DNA from: the human T2T-CHM13v2.0 reference genome, Homo sapiens
Length of the DNA stretch: 64,000 nucleotides
Direction: 5' to 3' (one strand)
Assembly (NCBI RefSeq): GCF_009914755.1
Contig: NC_060929.1
The translations under genes were made by a program, and so were the position numbers. Under the pieces are notes generated by a model. It did not search any database, was not told the origin of the DNA, and saw only the letters and a list, made by a program, of their open reading frames with translations. This document shows, piece by piece, positions 25,990 to 40,256 of the stretch (position 1 is its first letter; each line of letters starts with the position of its first letter).

Positions 25990-26570
25990 TGCTGAATCAG
26001 TGAGTTTCCAACAAGGAAAACAGAAGCCTTTCAAGATATTTCAAGAAGAGGTTTAACACAAGGAACTGTACATGAGGAATTGCAGAAGCAACAGAGAGAA
26101 GAAAAGGGGCTGCAGGAACAAAGGGACAGATTGGTAATACATGAAGTTCAAGGAGCTGCCCCATGTCTGGCTGGAGCCTAGCAGCCTGCTGCTGACATGC
26201 TGGAGCAGCTGCTGCTAGAGCTATACCTTTGCTGCTAAGGGAGCCTGCACTCCGTGACGTTGCTGAACTTGCCACCTATGTTGCTGCCTATGGTCACAAT
26301 CCTCTGCTTTCTGCTCCTGCTGTTGCTTCCAGAGGTACTAAAACAAGAAGTAAAAAGGCCTCTCTTTTGCTTTGGTTTTTTAATCTCCAAGTGATACCTC
26401 CCATTGGCAGACCCTAACAGGAAACCAGTAGGTAGGGAGCTGGAAAAGAGTTTTCAGGCTTCTAGCCCCAAAGATAAAAAGGATACTACCAAAGGGTAGG
26501 TGAGAAGCCAAGAGCAGACAATATCTAGGATTAAAAGTAGTCTTCAGAAGTTGTATGGACTATAGCCAGC
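25990..26570 (-). mobile_element. Ancient LTR (family uncertain)
   Basis: CTCCCATTGGCAGACCCTAACAGGAAACCAG and GGAAAACAGAAGCC motifs recalled from ancient eutherian LTRs. Confidence 0.5.
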
Positions 26571-27304
26571 TGCCTAAGATGCTACAACAGCCTGTACTGT
26601 TTTATATGAATAATTATTGCTGGATTCTGTTGTCCCAACATTTTTGCTTTCCACATGATATTACCAGTGATTTTTGTTTTATATATGGAAACTAAACCTT
26701 TGGCATTTCTTTTTTGTGGTAACTGAAGCAATGAACTCATTATACATACTCTAGTTGGCTTTGTGGAATTCATTTTCCTGTTGTAACCAATCACTACAAA
26801 TCTTCACATGGCAGACTTCTTCACCATTTCAATCCCCTGAGTCATTTATTATAGCTGCAAATGAATAAATTGCTTGGGGCCCAATTCTGCTGGTGATATG
26901 TGAAAGAGTTAGACTACTGAATGTAAATCCCTTGCATACTGACTTAAAAAAAATGGATCCTGTTTGTCTTTAGCACTTTGCACTGTTAATCAAAGCTAAT
27001 TAAAATGCAGTAGATTTTTAAAAAACATAGCACCCAATTGGTCTTTTGTAATGGAGAAAATGTAGCTGTCTATACAGGAATTAAGTGTGTGTGGTCCAAA
27101 AATATAATCTTACACTGTTCAGATATTCTCACTTTAGCCTGAATTTATTAGCTGCCTAATATATACAAATAAATTTTCTATTTTCTAGAGGATTTTAAGA
27201 ATTGCAGAGCATATTTTCTGACCCCGGAAGCTTATAATTAATTTGGGAAGGCAAAAATGTACCAAAAGTGGTCATAATAAAATATAAAAATAGCTAGTAT
27301 TTCC

Positions 27305-27835
27305 TGACACCAGAGAGGAGGTCCTCAAACACCAGTGGGACCTTGACAATGGCCAGTGTCTGGGCTCTTGAAAACATCTCAAGAAGGAATTCAAGGATGA
27401 GTCAGAAAATTGTGAAAGTATGGAGATTTACTGCAAAGAGAAAAGTATACAAGAAAAGCGAATGTGTGTATACTCAAAAGAATGAATCACATGATGGAGT
27501 TCGGAGCTGCTACCTTTATGGGTTTCTTTAATCAACCGGTGGAATATTCATGAATATAGGAGAAAGGTGATGATTTCTCAGAACTGTGGTACTACCCATT
27601 TTTACACCAAATATGGATGTTTCCAGAAGTGTTATGGTGGGTGTGTGATTTAGTAGTTAATGAGCCTATAATGAGGTCCTAAGTGACACTTAGGTGAAAT
27701 CCAGTGCCATGTTGGGTCCAGTGGGTCTTAGCCAGCTTGGCCCACATCCTGGTTTTCTGGGTCTTATCAGCCCCTACCCTCTGCAACTGTTTCAATAGTT
27801 TCTTTTTGTTAGGCATGTGAAACTGCTGCCTGGTG
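27305..27835 (-). mobile_element. ERV1 (MER4-group) LTR
   Basis: GAAGGAATTCAAGGATGAGTCAGAAAATTGTGAAAGTATGGAGATTTA and CCCATTTTTACACCAAATATGG motifs. Confidence 0.65.
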
Positions 27836-28144
27836 TTATAATAACTTCATGAGAACTTAATGTATTACCACCATTCAACATTCAACACTTGCTCCTCCAC
27901 CAAACCCCACTTCAGTAGCTCTGACCCCTTGAATCCCTGAGATTATATCTCACAGAGAGAAACCCATGTGACGCATAAAATCTTAGGATATTTCATTGGA
28001 TACATGTTGTGCTTCCTCTGGTCCTACTAAAAAATATAATCTTTCTCTTAAATTTATATGTAAATTATTTTTCTAAAATTATTGTGTTTTCTCTGAACCC
28101 TTCCTTCAATTCAGGCTCTTCCAGAAAGCACCTTCATAACCCAC

Positions 28145-28320
28145 TGTTTTAGTTTGTTAGGACTACCATAGCAAAGTGCCAAATAGTGGGTGGCTTACCA
28201 CAGACATCTGTTGTTTTACAGTCTTGGAGGCTAGAAGTCTGAGACCAAGGTGTTAGAAATTACTGCGGGTTAGGATTTCACATATCACCTTGGGAAAGAC
28301 AAGTTCAACCCATAGCATTA
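28145..28320 (-). mobile_element. Internally deleted MLT1 LTR
   Basis: Both MLT1 ends present (TGTTTTAGTTTG..GGGTGGCTT; GGTTAGGATTTCAC..TTCAACCCATAGCA) with the middle missing. Confidence 0.7.
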
Positions 28321-30500
28321 CCTTCCAAAATAAGCATTCAAAACTATAATATTCTCATGGTCTGTGTCATGTTGATATACTGCACCACCAAAAGAGAAGT
28401 CTAGAACACAAAGGAAGAAGAATCGAGGCAGATTAAAATTTTTTTTCTACTCCTCAAGCTGGATATTCAGCAAAGTTTACCCTGATTCTAATCATTCCCT
28501 TTGTAATCACCCTCATTCACAAAGTGATTGTTATTGATATTAAGTATCAGGAAAGTGAGAAGAGATGGAAGTGAGCCCTCTCTCCCCTCTAGCCTACCCA
28601 TTATAGCTGTCTCAATTATGAGCAGCCAACTCTTACTTAACAAAAGTATCTACGAAAAGGAGCTCCACCTACTTCTAGTGCCACAGTCTCTTCCATAAAG
28701 CAATGACAACAAGTAGGAAAGGTGAAGTAAAACAGATTTATAGATGTGAATGTTATTGGTTCATTGAACAAACGTGATTGGTAGGATATAACCATATAGC
28801 AACTTTAAGTCTCACTTTTGATTTAAATTTGCTCAATGGATTTACTTCTTCTCTTGCCCTTCTCTGAAAATGTAGTTAGCCACCACAGCTTCTCTGCTTA
28901 TTCTTGGTTAATGAAAAACCCTATGGTCACTTTAAGTTAGTAAACACAGACTTCATTCAGAAATTGGAATGAACATCCTCTTACGGTAACACACATGCTA
29001 GATGTGACTAAAGTTAAAACTTCCCTTCCCTTTTCCAGAATGAGTATTTTATGGGAGGAAAAAATTATTATCTTACTGATAAATTTAAGAAGTAGTTTTG
29101 CTTTCCCTGGTTCTCCAGAAATTTAAATCTGTATTTTTCTCTTTTAAGGTGTTATTGCGAACTCTTTACAGAAACCCTTCAGAAACCCTCCTCTGCCCTA
29201 CCACTGACCTCTCTCACCAGCAGATTCCTTGAAACTGGAAGTTCAGCCTGTCTTTTATAGTGTCTTCCTCAACCACTGGAATGAGTGTGTGATTCCTACA
29301 GCTTTTATTGATGAGCAACACTTCCCATTCTAAATGCCCCTTGTACAATCCTTTCGGACACCCATGCTGGTTCTCATACACATGGATCCCCTCTGATCTG
29401 TAGGACAAATCACATATTCTTTACTTCAATACACCAAGAGGGCAGGCTCTTCTACGATTAGTTAGCAACAGCCATTCCCATTTGTCAACCTTTAGATAAC
29501 TCATGTGTAAGTCCAACCCCAATTCTCATAGTCCCTAAGCATAAGAGGCACATATCAAGATCCCTAAAACAGTCTCACTGAAGCGTCTCTTCATTAAGCT
29601 CAAAATGAGAGTCACTTCACCCCATCCCTCTCACTGGTGTGGGTGGGACTCATCAAAGACCAATCGCTCTCCAAAAAGCCAAGTCACAAATACACCTGGC
29701 ATTTTCTGATCTTTTGAATGGATAAAGGCATTAAGTCTGGTCTCATAGATTCAAAAAAGTTTATTTTGGAAAATAAACATCTTTATTTAGCACCTCACTT
29801 GGGAATATGCTATTGATTTATAAGCTTTTTGGCTGAAATTTCCTTCTTCATATCCTGCTACACTCCTATACTATATACTGTAGAGACTGTACTAAAGGGA
29901 CTGTATACTATTGAGACTACATCACTGGGAGAAGGAGATGCAAGAATAGTAGCCAAGCAATTCTTGAACTTGTAGGCTCAGCATTTTCTTTATCATCCAC
30001 AACTTTCCCATGTTATTTCACGCTTTGTTGCTGACTCAAACGCCTTTCAAAGTCTACCCCATCCCTCCCATAAAATACAGGTCTCAAGATCCCCCATGAG
30101 ATGCAGGTCACAAGAGCCCATGACTGTCTGCAACTGGTTACTACCAACATTTATTTGAACATTAATATGTCTTTTAGTATCAACAGCACAATGAGGGAGT
30201 CATTTCATAAAGGGCAATGAGGGGGTCTCTTCTTTTTTAGTTGAGACTTTTTTCACTCTGTCTTTGGCTGACTCTATTTTCATGATCACAAGAGGCTGGA
30301 TTCTTTACACCTCTGCCTCATATATTTTCTGTCTTAATATGTCTTTTGATCAAGTCAAACAGTACCATCAGTTGGCAGTTGGCGTAATCTTCTCCACTTG
30401 CTACAGTAAAGGAGTGATTTTTCTATAGAGAATTTTAGAACCAACTAAAAGTTAATCAATTTGCGTTGTATTATTACCATATGTCAACAATTCTAGACAA

Positions 30501-30966
30501 TGCCGTCTGGATTGAATTGTGTCCCTGAAGAAGATACGTTGAGATTCTAATTCCCGGTACCTCGGAATGTGACATTTGGAAATAGGATTATTGCAGATGT
30601 AGTTAGTTAAGATGAAGTCATACAGAAGAAGGTTGGGCCCCTCATCCAATATATGTGTTGTTCTTAAAATAAAACAGCTATGTGAAGACACAGAGACACA
30701 GGGAGAATACCATGTGAAGATGGAGGCAGAGATTGGAGCAATACATCTACAAGTCAACAGACGCTAAGTACTGCTGGCTGTTGCTAGAAGCTAGGAGAGA
30801 GGCATGAAACAGATTCTTCTTCAGAGCCCTCAGAAAGAATCAGCCCTACCAATAACACCTTAATTTCAGGTTTCTAGCCTCCAGAACTGTAAGACAATAA
30901 ATATCTGTTGTTTTAAGCCACGCAGTTTGCCATACTTTGTTACAGCAGTCCTAGAAAACGAATACA
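30501..30966 (+). mobile_element. MLT1C MaLR LTR
   Basis: GGATTGAATTGTGTCCC ... GAAGATGGAGGCAGAGATTGGAG ... CCTCCAGAACTGTAAGACAATAAA ... AATACA. Confidence 0.9.
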
Positions 30967-32574
30967 AATGACAATGATAAAATACTCCTCCTTGTCACTT
31001 AAAATTGCAAATTTAGTTGCTACTGTAACAAAAAAGTTAGTAAATATTTATAAATTGTGCAGCTAAATATATTTTATTTCTGAACCTAATAAAGTTCCCT
31101 AATGCTTTCCCTTCTGATTGAAACTTCACATTGGGTTTGGATAGGAAGGCTAAAGATGGAAGAGAAATTTGACAAGCAGGAAACAGCAAGTGGACCATTG
31201 GAAAGTCATGCCTGTCATGTGCTAGTGATGTTTTAAAGAAGTAAATGAGCTGACGATACACAGCCTGGCATTTATATTATGATGTCCTGTCCCCACCAAC
31301 CATAAGCATGGTAAGAATATCTTTAGCTTGTCTTCTCCAGTTTTTGCTCTGCCTTGTCATGCACTTCCACGTGTTAATTTCCATCCCCAGTTCCCCACTT
31401 CATAAACTCCTGGATAAAATCAGGTTCTGCTTTAACTTACTACCTTCATGTCTAAGAATCTATGAACAGTCAGTCTGGACCACCACAGAGTGATGCCAGC
31501 GGGACTCAAAATGTCACATGAAGTTTTCTGATGCCAGAGAGAATAATTTCCCACATGAGTTACTGCAGTTTATAAATGACCAGTTTGCAAAATAAAACAA
31601 ACAGAACAATTTTAACAATGAAAAAGAACAAAATGTAAATTAAATTTTTTATTTTTCTGGGTTTTCTCTTTTATTCCAGTGGCCACTTTTGACCAGCGAA
31701 CACCATTTGCCCCATAGTTTTCCCCATGTTCAAAATACCTAGAATGGATATTATGCATTCCCAACCTGTCAGCTTTGGCTGAATTACAGAGTGCTCAATT
31801 ATGCTCTAATCAAATAGCTGCCCAATGCAGGCCACGTAATGACTTCCTGATTATCTGCCTTTAAATGATGAATGAAATGAATATGTAACATTCTGTTCAA
31901 ATATAGCATACTTAGCATGCCAAATGAAAACTGATTTTGTGCTCCTCTCTGTGAAAAACGTATATTTTACTGTAATTCAGTTCAATGGTTGTTCGGTTGC
32001 TTGTTTTCTAGTCATCAAGATAAACATTGAATGAGCTATCTAGGAGAACATTAGTCTTCATATTTGCTTTCCAACAGATGCTAAAGGTGTTAAATATTGT
32101 TTAGATTATTAGCGTTCCTCCCTTTACATTGTCTCATTGGAAAAAAATAACAAGGTCATATTTTTATGAGCAATTCTTATTGGCAATATTCCACTACATT
32201 GGTGAAAAAAACCCTAAAATCCAAAAAAAAAGAAAAAAAAAGTACACAAATTGCCATGATAATGTATTGCAAAGACAACATTAAAATATAAATAATGTAT
32301 TGTCAAGAGTGCTTTTTATATAGCAGCAATTTATGATATTAACACTAAAAAAGGGTACATACTTCAAAACTTGATTGTATGTCTTGTCTATAATAAGAAT
32401 AGTATGCATGACTATAATAGTTCATTCTATGAGCTTTTCTTCCAAATTTTACTCTCAATATACTAATTTTCAAAAACCAACTCAAGAACTTGTATGGGGG
32501 AATTCATTGCATGTAATATTTACTTTTAAGAAACAAATGTTCCCTCTTGAAAGAGGGACAGGACAGTCAAACAA

Positions 32575-32680
32575 GTAAGAAGAGGGAAGGAAAAAAGAAC
32601 TGTGGAAGGAAAGGAAAAAGGAAGGGAAGCAGAGAGGAAGGGAGGAATTAAAGGAAGGAAGGAAGAAAAGGAAGGGAGGA
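32575..32680. repeat. GA-rich polypurine low-complexity tract
   Basis: Directly visible. Confidence 0.85.
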
Positions 32681-32756
32681 ATTTTTTTATCCTTTCTAGC
32701 TAATATATTTTTAATATTGCAAAATTAAATTAATTGGTGCAGAAGCAGTGGTCTTA

Positions 32757-33217
<461 letters not shown>

Positions 33218-33258
33218 TTAAGAATTTTTACATATATTTATTTCAAGATATTAATTGA

Positions 33259-34005
<747 letters not shown>

Positions 34006-34369
34006 TAAGTCATTTGTAAAAAAAAAAATTGTTAAATGCACCCCTTCTGAGAATTTGCAATTGCAACACCAAAACCTTTTAAATAATTGGTGGGTTGGAT
34101 TAAAAATTTTATTATTAAAAAACAATCTTATGTTTTTCTTTTATTTGGAGATATATATGTATCTGTGTGTGTTTATAATATATATGCAAAAAATACATAT
34201 TTGTAAAGTATCTTTATCATAGCTCTAGCAAACACAAAACCCAAAACTGGAATTAAAATAATCTTGTAACTAGGCACTTAAAATGCTGTATTATAGTTGT
34301 ATAATATTGTATTATGGAAACACAATTTTCAGTAACAACTGTGTCCAGTTGGATTTTTTCATTAGAAAA

Positions 34370-34528
34370 TATACTGCATTTCATTGATTAAAAAGTGTAT
34401 GTATTTTATCATTTCTAAAATTTTTAGAAGTGTACCTTATGTTTGATGGGTGGCATGTGATAGTCAAATTGCCAGTATTTATTCTTCCTTAGTAATATGC
34501 ACATCTTTCATTTAATAGAATATAGCAC
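34370..34528. mobile_element. Probable old Tigger-type MITE
   Basis: ATACTGCATTTCATTGATT ... CATGTGATAGTCAAATTGCCAG resembles recalled TcMar MITE consensus. Confidence 0.4.
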
Positions 34529-35134
34529 TAATCATGCCAATAATATATTTAATGAGAATAAACCAGTTTGTACAATTATATAAATATTCATAACATCTTT
34601 TAAATTTATATATTTTTTAAAAGTACACTCTGTACCTCTCATTCTGAAAGGTTTTATAATGTTTAAAATATATTGAACATTAGTAAATGCATATAATGCA
34701 TAAATAAATATTTATAGGAAGAATATGTATCACAAAAAGTTTTATGGATAGGACCATAGCTCCAGCCACTATACCCCATTGTTTAATACTATTTCCCTTG
34801 CACAAATCTAGTTAATCAAGAGAAAGCAAGGAAAGGAAAATACCTGGAGATAGGAATCTATGTCCCTTATGTGGGCTGGGCCTAATTTTGTGGAAGACAT
34901 CTTTTAAGATAACAGCAATGGTCCCTTCTTAAGATGGTTGTAGCCACATGGGTTTTTATTTTATTATTATTCAAATTATATGTATATATTTTGTATACTT
35001 TTTATGTGCAATATATTAAAATACTTACCAATAGGTACATATTTAACAATATATTCTCAAAAACTCTTTCTTAAATATGGCATAACATTTAAGGCACAAT
35101 TATTTTGATATTATTTCTCTGTTTTGCTTATTGT

Positions 35135-35400
35135 TAATAGTGCCAAGCACAGTTCTATGGTGCTAGAGATAAAAGAGTGGAAAACCCCGAACTCTCTTGT
35201 CTAAGAGCTTACATTCTATTGCAAGAGGCAAACAATGAAGAAGTAAACAAGTTATTTCTATAATTGATAAAGGCTATGAAGAAAATAGAATCAGGGTAAT
35301 GTGATAGAGTTGGCTGGGGTTTGGGTTTCCATATAAGTTAGGGTGATTGTAGAAGGCCTAAGGCTACAGTGATTTCTAAAGTGACACTGATTGGTTCTCC
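35135..35400 (-). mobile_element. L2 fragment
   Basis: GTGCCAAGCACAGTTCTA..GAGCTTACATTCTA..GATAAAGGCTATGAAGAAAA. Confidence 0.65.
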
Positions 35401-36615
35401 AAAATATATCCCAAATCTGTCCTCTCCTGTTCCTCTCCCAAGTAAGATAATGTTGTGTTTGAGAGCGCAAAGGCAGCCTGTTGACTGACATCCCTGCTAC
35501 CAAAATACCTACACCAACAGTCCCTCTTTCTCCACCCAGATCCTTTGAGTCAGGAGACTTCAGGTTTCATGGGACTTCCTCCCTTATTTTCCTCATATCC
35601 ATCTGCCTTCTCAGCTGTGGTTGGTGAAGTTTAGGTGTAACATGTGCTACTAACCCAAGTGCATTCTGATTACATAGAACAACAGAAAATTACATCTTCT
35701 ACTCAAGGAGCTGGGAGCTTCAATTCTGAGATCCACTGCCTTCAAAGGCAAATCTCCATGACCCTTTAAAAGGCTGCTGGGTTATTGAATTTAGACTTTG
35801 GCTTTTGAATGTTTTGATACAATAATTACCTATGTTCTAAGAATGGGAATGGGGTAATCTTATATTTGCTCTGACATTTTGGCTTTAGATATGTTCGTTG
35901 TTTTCTGAAGTGATTGCTAATGAAAAATATAGATACCTAATCTTTAATCAACAAGCTTCCCTTGACATCCTGCTTCCTGATGTGAGGCACTGCAGTAAAT
36001 GGTGATGGGTTTCCTCCAACCTATTACTGGAAGGAGACGGCAAGTTGAAATTGCTCAGCAATAATAATTCCTATTTCAAACCATGTCCTTTTTATTCTTT
36101 CATAAATTTCTCAGTGTTCCAGGCCTTTATGTATAGAAAACAGACTTTGTGTCTATAAGGTTGTCTTTTGAGTAGACAAATCATCATATTTTGTTTAACA
36201 AAGCTAAATGGAAGGCAAAAAAAAAAAAAATGAAGGAAAAGCATTTGTAAGCAGTATCTAGCTGTGCACTTACAGCTGAAATCTGAAGCTCCTCTAATAC
36301 AAAAGTATTACCTGCAGGCTAAGATATCTATGTTGTACAACTGCGAACAGCAGTTGGGGTCTTTGTTTCTATTTGTCGACTCACAAACTCCTGTTGGTTC
36401 CAACAAAGACAGTTGTCTAGCTCAGGTATCTTAACTCCTAGGTCTGTTTCCCAGCTCTGTCCCTGAAACCCAGACTGGCCATGGGCAGGAGTGGGCAGTT
36501 TGGCTTTATGAGTGTGACAGCTCCTCCTGCCACGCTAAGCTTCTTAGCATTTCATTTGTATTATTATGAAAATCCATGGCCTCCAATTTCCTCTCCCCTG
36601 GCCCTTTGTACCTAA

Positions 36616-36922
<307 letters not shown>

Positions 36923-37389
36923 AATGTGCCCTTTTCCTAAGTATTAACGGATTCACTCGGACTTTCAAAGCCCAAAATCTAGTCATGCCTTTTGAGGGAG
37001 ATTGGTGACGATGCTTATGGACTTCTCTTTTACTGCTTCTTTCCACATTGATGGAATAGTGAAAAAGATAACAAATAAATTAATCCAAAGAAAATATTTT
37101 AAATTTTTTTATTTATATTAAAATAACATTCAGTAAATAAATTTATAATTTACCATAATAATGGCCACTCTTCCTTGAGCTTCCTCAACTTTCTGCCTTG
37201 CAAGTTGCTTTATACATTCAATTTAATGCACTGTTATGATTATGCTATGTATGAATGTATGTGTGTGTGTGTGTGTAAGTATTATTCTGATGACATAGTA
37301 CATTATGATTTAAAGCATTATATTATGTTGATGAAAATATACAGACAGTAATGTATACATAAAATAATTTAATGCATCTTGTTATCATC

Positions 37390-37650
37390 CGCATTTTCTT
37401 CTTGGTAAAATAGGAAAAACTGCTATCTCCCAGAGCTGTAATCATAATACTTGTTCAAAGTGCCTGGCATATAGGTACAGTTCTACCTCAATAGAGCTAT
37501 TATTGCTATGATTTTGCTCTTGTGGTTCTATCATTCTTAATTCATAGTTGAGGAAACTAAGTTTCATGGAAATTAACTTGCTTCAAAAGTTCACATGTAG
37601 GACAGGGCTCAGATTTGATTTCAGAACTGAAATCCTAGTTTACATGTCCT
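37390..37650. mobile_element. Two MIR fragments in opposite orientation
   Basis: AAAGTGCCTGGCATATAG (+) and GAGGAAACTAAG..AACTTGC..TCACA (-). Confidence 0.55.
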
Positions 37651-38139
37651 TTTTCTTTCCACTTTATATCTCGGCATTTTGATTGTTTTGTTTCACTAAG
37701 GCATGTGCCTTGCTGATTGCATTCCTTGCCTTAAAAATGCTGTGTTTTTATTTATTTTTCTTTCACTTGTTTCTTTCCTTGTTTCCTTGTTTCACTTGTT
37801 TCTTTCCTAGCACAATATTTCATATTTCCCAATGACTGCACCACTCACCAGGTCACCTCCTGGGTGTGTGAAGTGGGGATAAGGTTAGGAAATAACCTAG
37901 GAAGCTTCTCCTTTACCTCACCTTACCTGATTTCTTACCTCCTATCCCTATCTGAGGATTTTGCATTTATTTTCTCTTACATTTACCAAAATGCATGTTC
38001 ATATTTAAGTTGCAACTGTAGAAAACATACAGTCTTATAGTTCTATCAAACATGGGGAAAAAAAATTTAAATTTTTGTTGTTTTCATGGTTATCAATAAA
38101 ACTGCAATGAGATATGATTACCACAAATGCCAGAGGACT

Positions 38140-38300
38140 CAGGGCTAGGACTAGAATGAAGTAAATGAGGTGCCTCTGGGGCAAAAGGTAAGGAGGCCCT
38201 TTCTCTCAGCTTCATGAACATGGAGGGTCCACACCTCTGAGTGAGTGTCTCCTTAAATTTGGAACCAATGGAGCTTCACTTGCCTCTGGCCCAGGCACTG
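38140..38300. mobile_element. Palindromic hAT-Tip100 MITE (MER96-like)
   Basis: CAGGGCTAGG...CCAGGCACTG ends; internal TAAGGAGGC..CTCTCAG / CTGAGTGAGTGTCTCCTTA inverted symmetry. Confidence 0.7.
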
Positions 38301-39644
38301 AAAGAATTCTCCAGGTTTTTTTTTTTTTTTTTTTTTTTTACTAGAATCAAAGGTTTGTTCCATTACTCCTGGATTCAGAAGAAGGACACTTCATTATTTT
38401 GGCTTTTCATAATTATGGGATTAACTGGTGGCCTTCCTGGAATTTGCTATGGTATGAGAACAGGTTTAAAATCAGGCAACACTCTAGTAAAGGCCAGGTG
38501 TTCAAAGTATCATGAACAGCTCTCTAAAGATTGGAAAATGAATATTTAACTAGATGACTACATTTGATTTCCTTCATTCATTTTTTATTATTTCAGTGAA
38601 AACCTTCATGATGGAAATCACATGGACAGGATTTTAATATCTTCTGGTAAATGAAACCTGCTATTCTAATGGGTTTAGTATTTCTTTACAGCGCCATTTG
38701 GTAAACTCTGATGACCAGTAATTTTCTCCATAGTTACAACTTAGGGAATTCTGTGCAGATTGTACATCATGGATACCAAATTTGTCTTACAGGGTTGATA
38801 ATTACGATGAAACTAGTTATATTAATTAGGTCCTGTTTACAAAGAGTCTGATGATTTTTTTTAAGAAGGAGAAAAAATAGGCTCATCTGCAGAAGCTTTA
38901 AGTGCTTAATTATTGTTATTTTCTTTTCAGAAGCAAAGGGAACTATCATGCCCATCAAAACAAAGTTCTGCAGAGGGTTTTAGCTTCCTGTTTGAAAAGC
39001 TAGGCCCAAGAAGCAAAGCTCTTTACAGCTAATAGTCATTAAAAATTAGCAGTTAGTACAGTTATCTTGGAAATAGAGGCCAAAATATCTGCTTTTCCAT
39101 TTCCACTGTGTTTCTCTTGTGATTGTAGTTCCGGAAACTCTGATGCAGGTAGAGTGAGAAATATTTTAGAGCTCCAACATCAGATTTTGCTAAATAGGTA
39201 TTTTCCAATTATCACAATTGACAGTTTTCATCTGATTGCTTGTCAGAACTCAGACGAAAGTCCCAAAGCAATTCAGGAACGTGATAAAATCATCAGGTGT
39301 CTCTACACTTGTGTATAGTCCTAAATATTTGTCTTGTCACCTTGTTTCTCAAGTTGATGCTTAGAGAAGGCCTAAATGTAATTTTCTTGTGGTTATTGGG
39401 TTTAACTTGTGCTACCAGCATTAAAAGAAATTCACAAGTGTGTTATGGTGGCATGTTGTAAATTCTCTTAAGATTCTCATGTAAGATTGAACCCAACAGA
39501 AAGACTTACTCATGAGATAGTTGACTCAGAGTAAGGTGTCCTGTTTTGCAGCTTTCACAATGTTTGCCCTTTGCATTTCTTTTCAGTGAATTGAATTAAG
39601 TCCAAACCTAAGACAAATAATGACTTCTGATTATCTCTCTAAAT

Positions 39645-39670
39645 GATGAAATGAAATGAAATGAAATGAA
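39645..39670. repeat. (GAAAT)n pentanucleotide repeat
   Basis: Directly visible, ~4-5 units. Confidence 0.85.
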
Positions 39671-40185
39671 TACAGCCACTCAACAGAGAGACAGACAAAT
39701 AGCTTGTGTGACCTTTGGGAAGAAGGCAAAACTATTAAAAGCAGAAGTTGTTTTTTTAAAAAACTGTTTTCTCTTCACTTCCCTATCATGTTTCTTAATG
39801 GTTATAGTGACAGGCGTTGCATTTCAGAATTTGCTCGAATTCTCATGGAAGCAGCAACTGAAACAGAAGAAAAACTGGCTCTATCGGGTTAATCTAGGAT
39901 TTCCAAACTGGGTTTAGATCAAAAAAGAAATCCAAGGTTTTCCAGTGAATGGGGATCTTGGTTTTATTCATATAAAGCCCTTCTATCACCCACTCCAGCA
40001 TGTTGCTTCTGAAATGCAGAAACCTGTCACTTCTGAGATAAACCCACTAATCCACCTATGTCCTTGGCATTCTCTGTGTTCGGTGGGTAGATCTTTGTGG
40101 TGTGGATATTTCCTATCACTTATTCTCAGTGCTACCTTTGTGTCATAAGCTGATAGCTTTAGCTGGTGCTTTTCCTCTCTTCTAG

Positions 40186-40256
40186 ATTCAACAAAGACAT
40201 CCAGACGGCTCTGCATGGTGTTTAGAGAGCAGCCCCCTGTTGAAGCTCTTCTGTAG
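40186..40256 (+). other. Candidate 71-nt spliced exon (possibly lncRNA)
   Basis: CTGAT branch-like motif at ~40150, acceptor CTTTTCCTCTCTTCTAG, donor TAG|GTAATC; non-repeat sequence. Confidence 0.3.

Noticed and set aside
25997-26417. Ala/Ser-rich overlapping ORFs
   Set aside because: Arise from GCT/CTG-rich sequence inside an ancient LTR; no splice context or known domain.
29866-29925. Degenerate GACTGTA(C/T)-type short tandem repeats (also AGCTACTTACA x2 at ~45812-45844 and TTGTTTC repeats at 37760-37810)
   Set aside because: Short slippage duplications with no constant repeat/unique spacer architecture; not CRISPR-like or otherwise informative.
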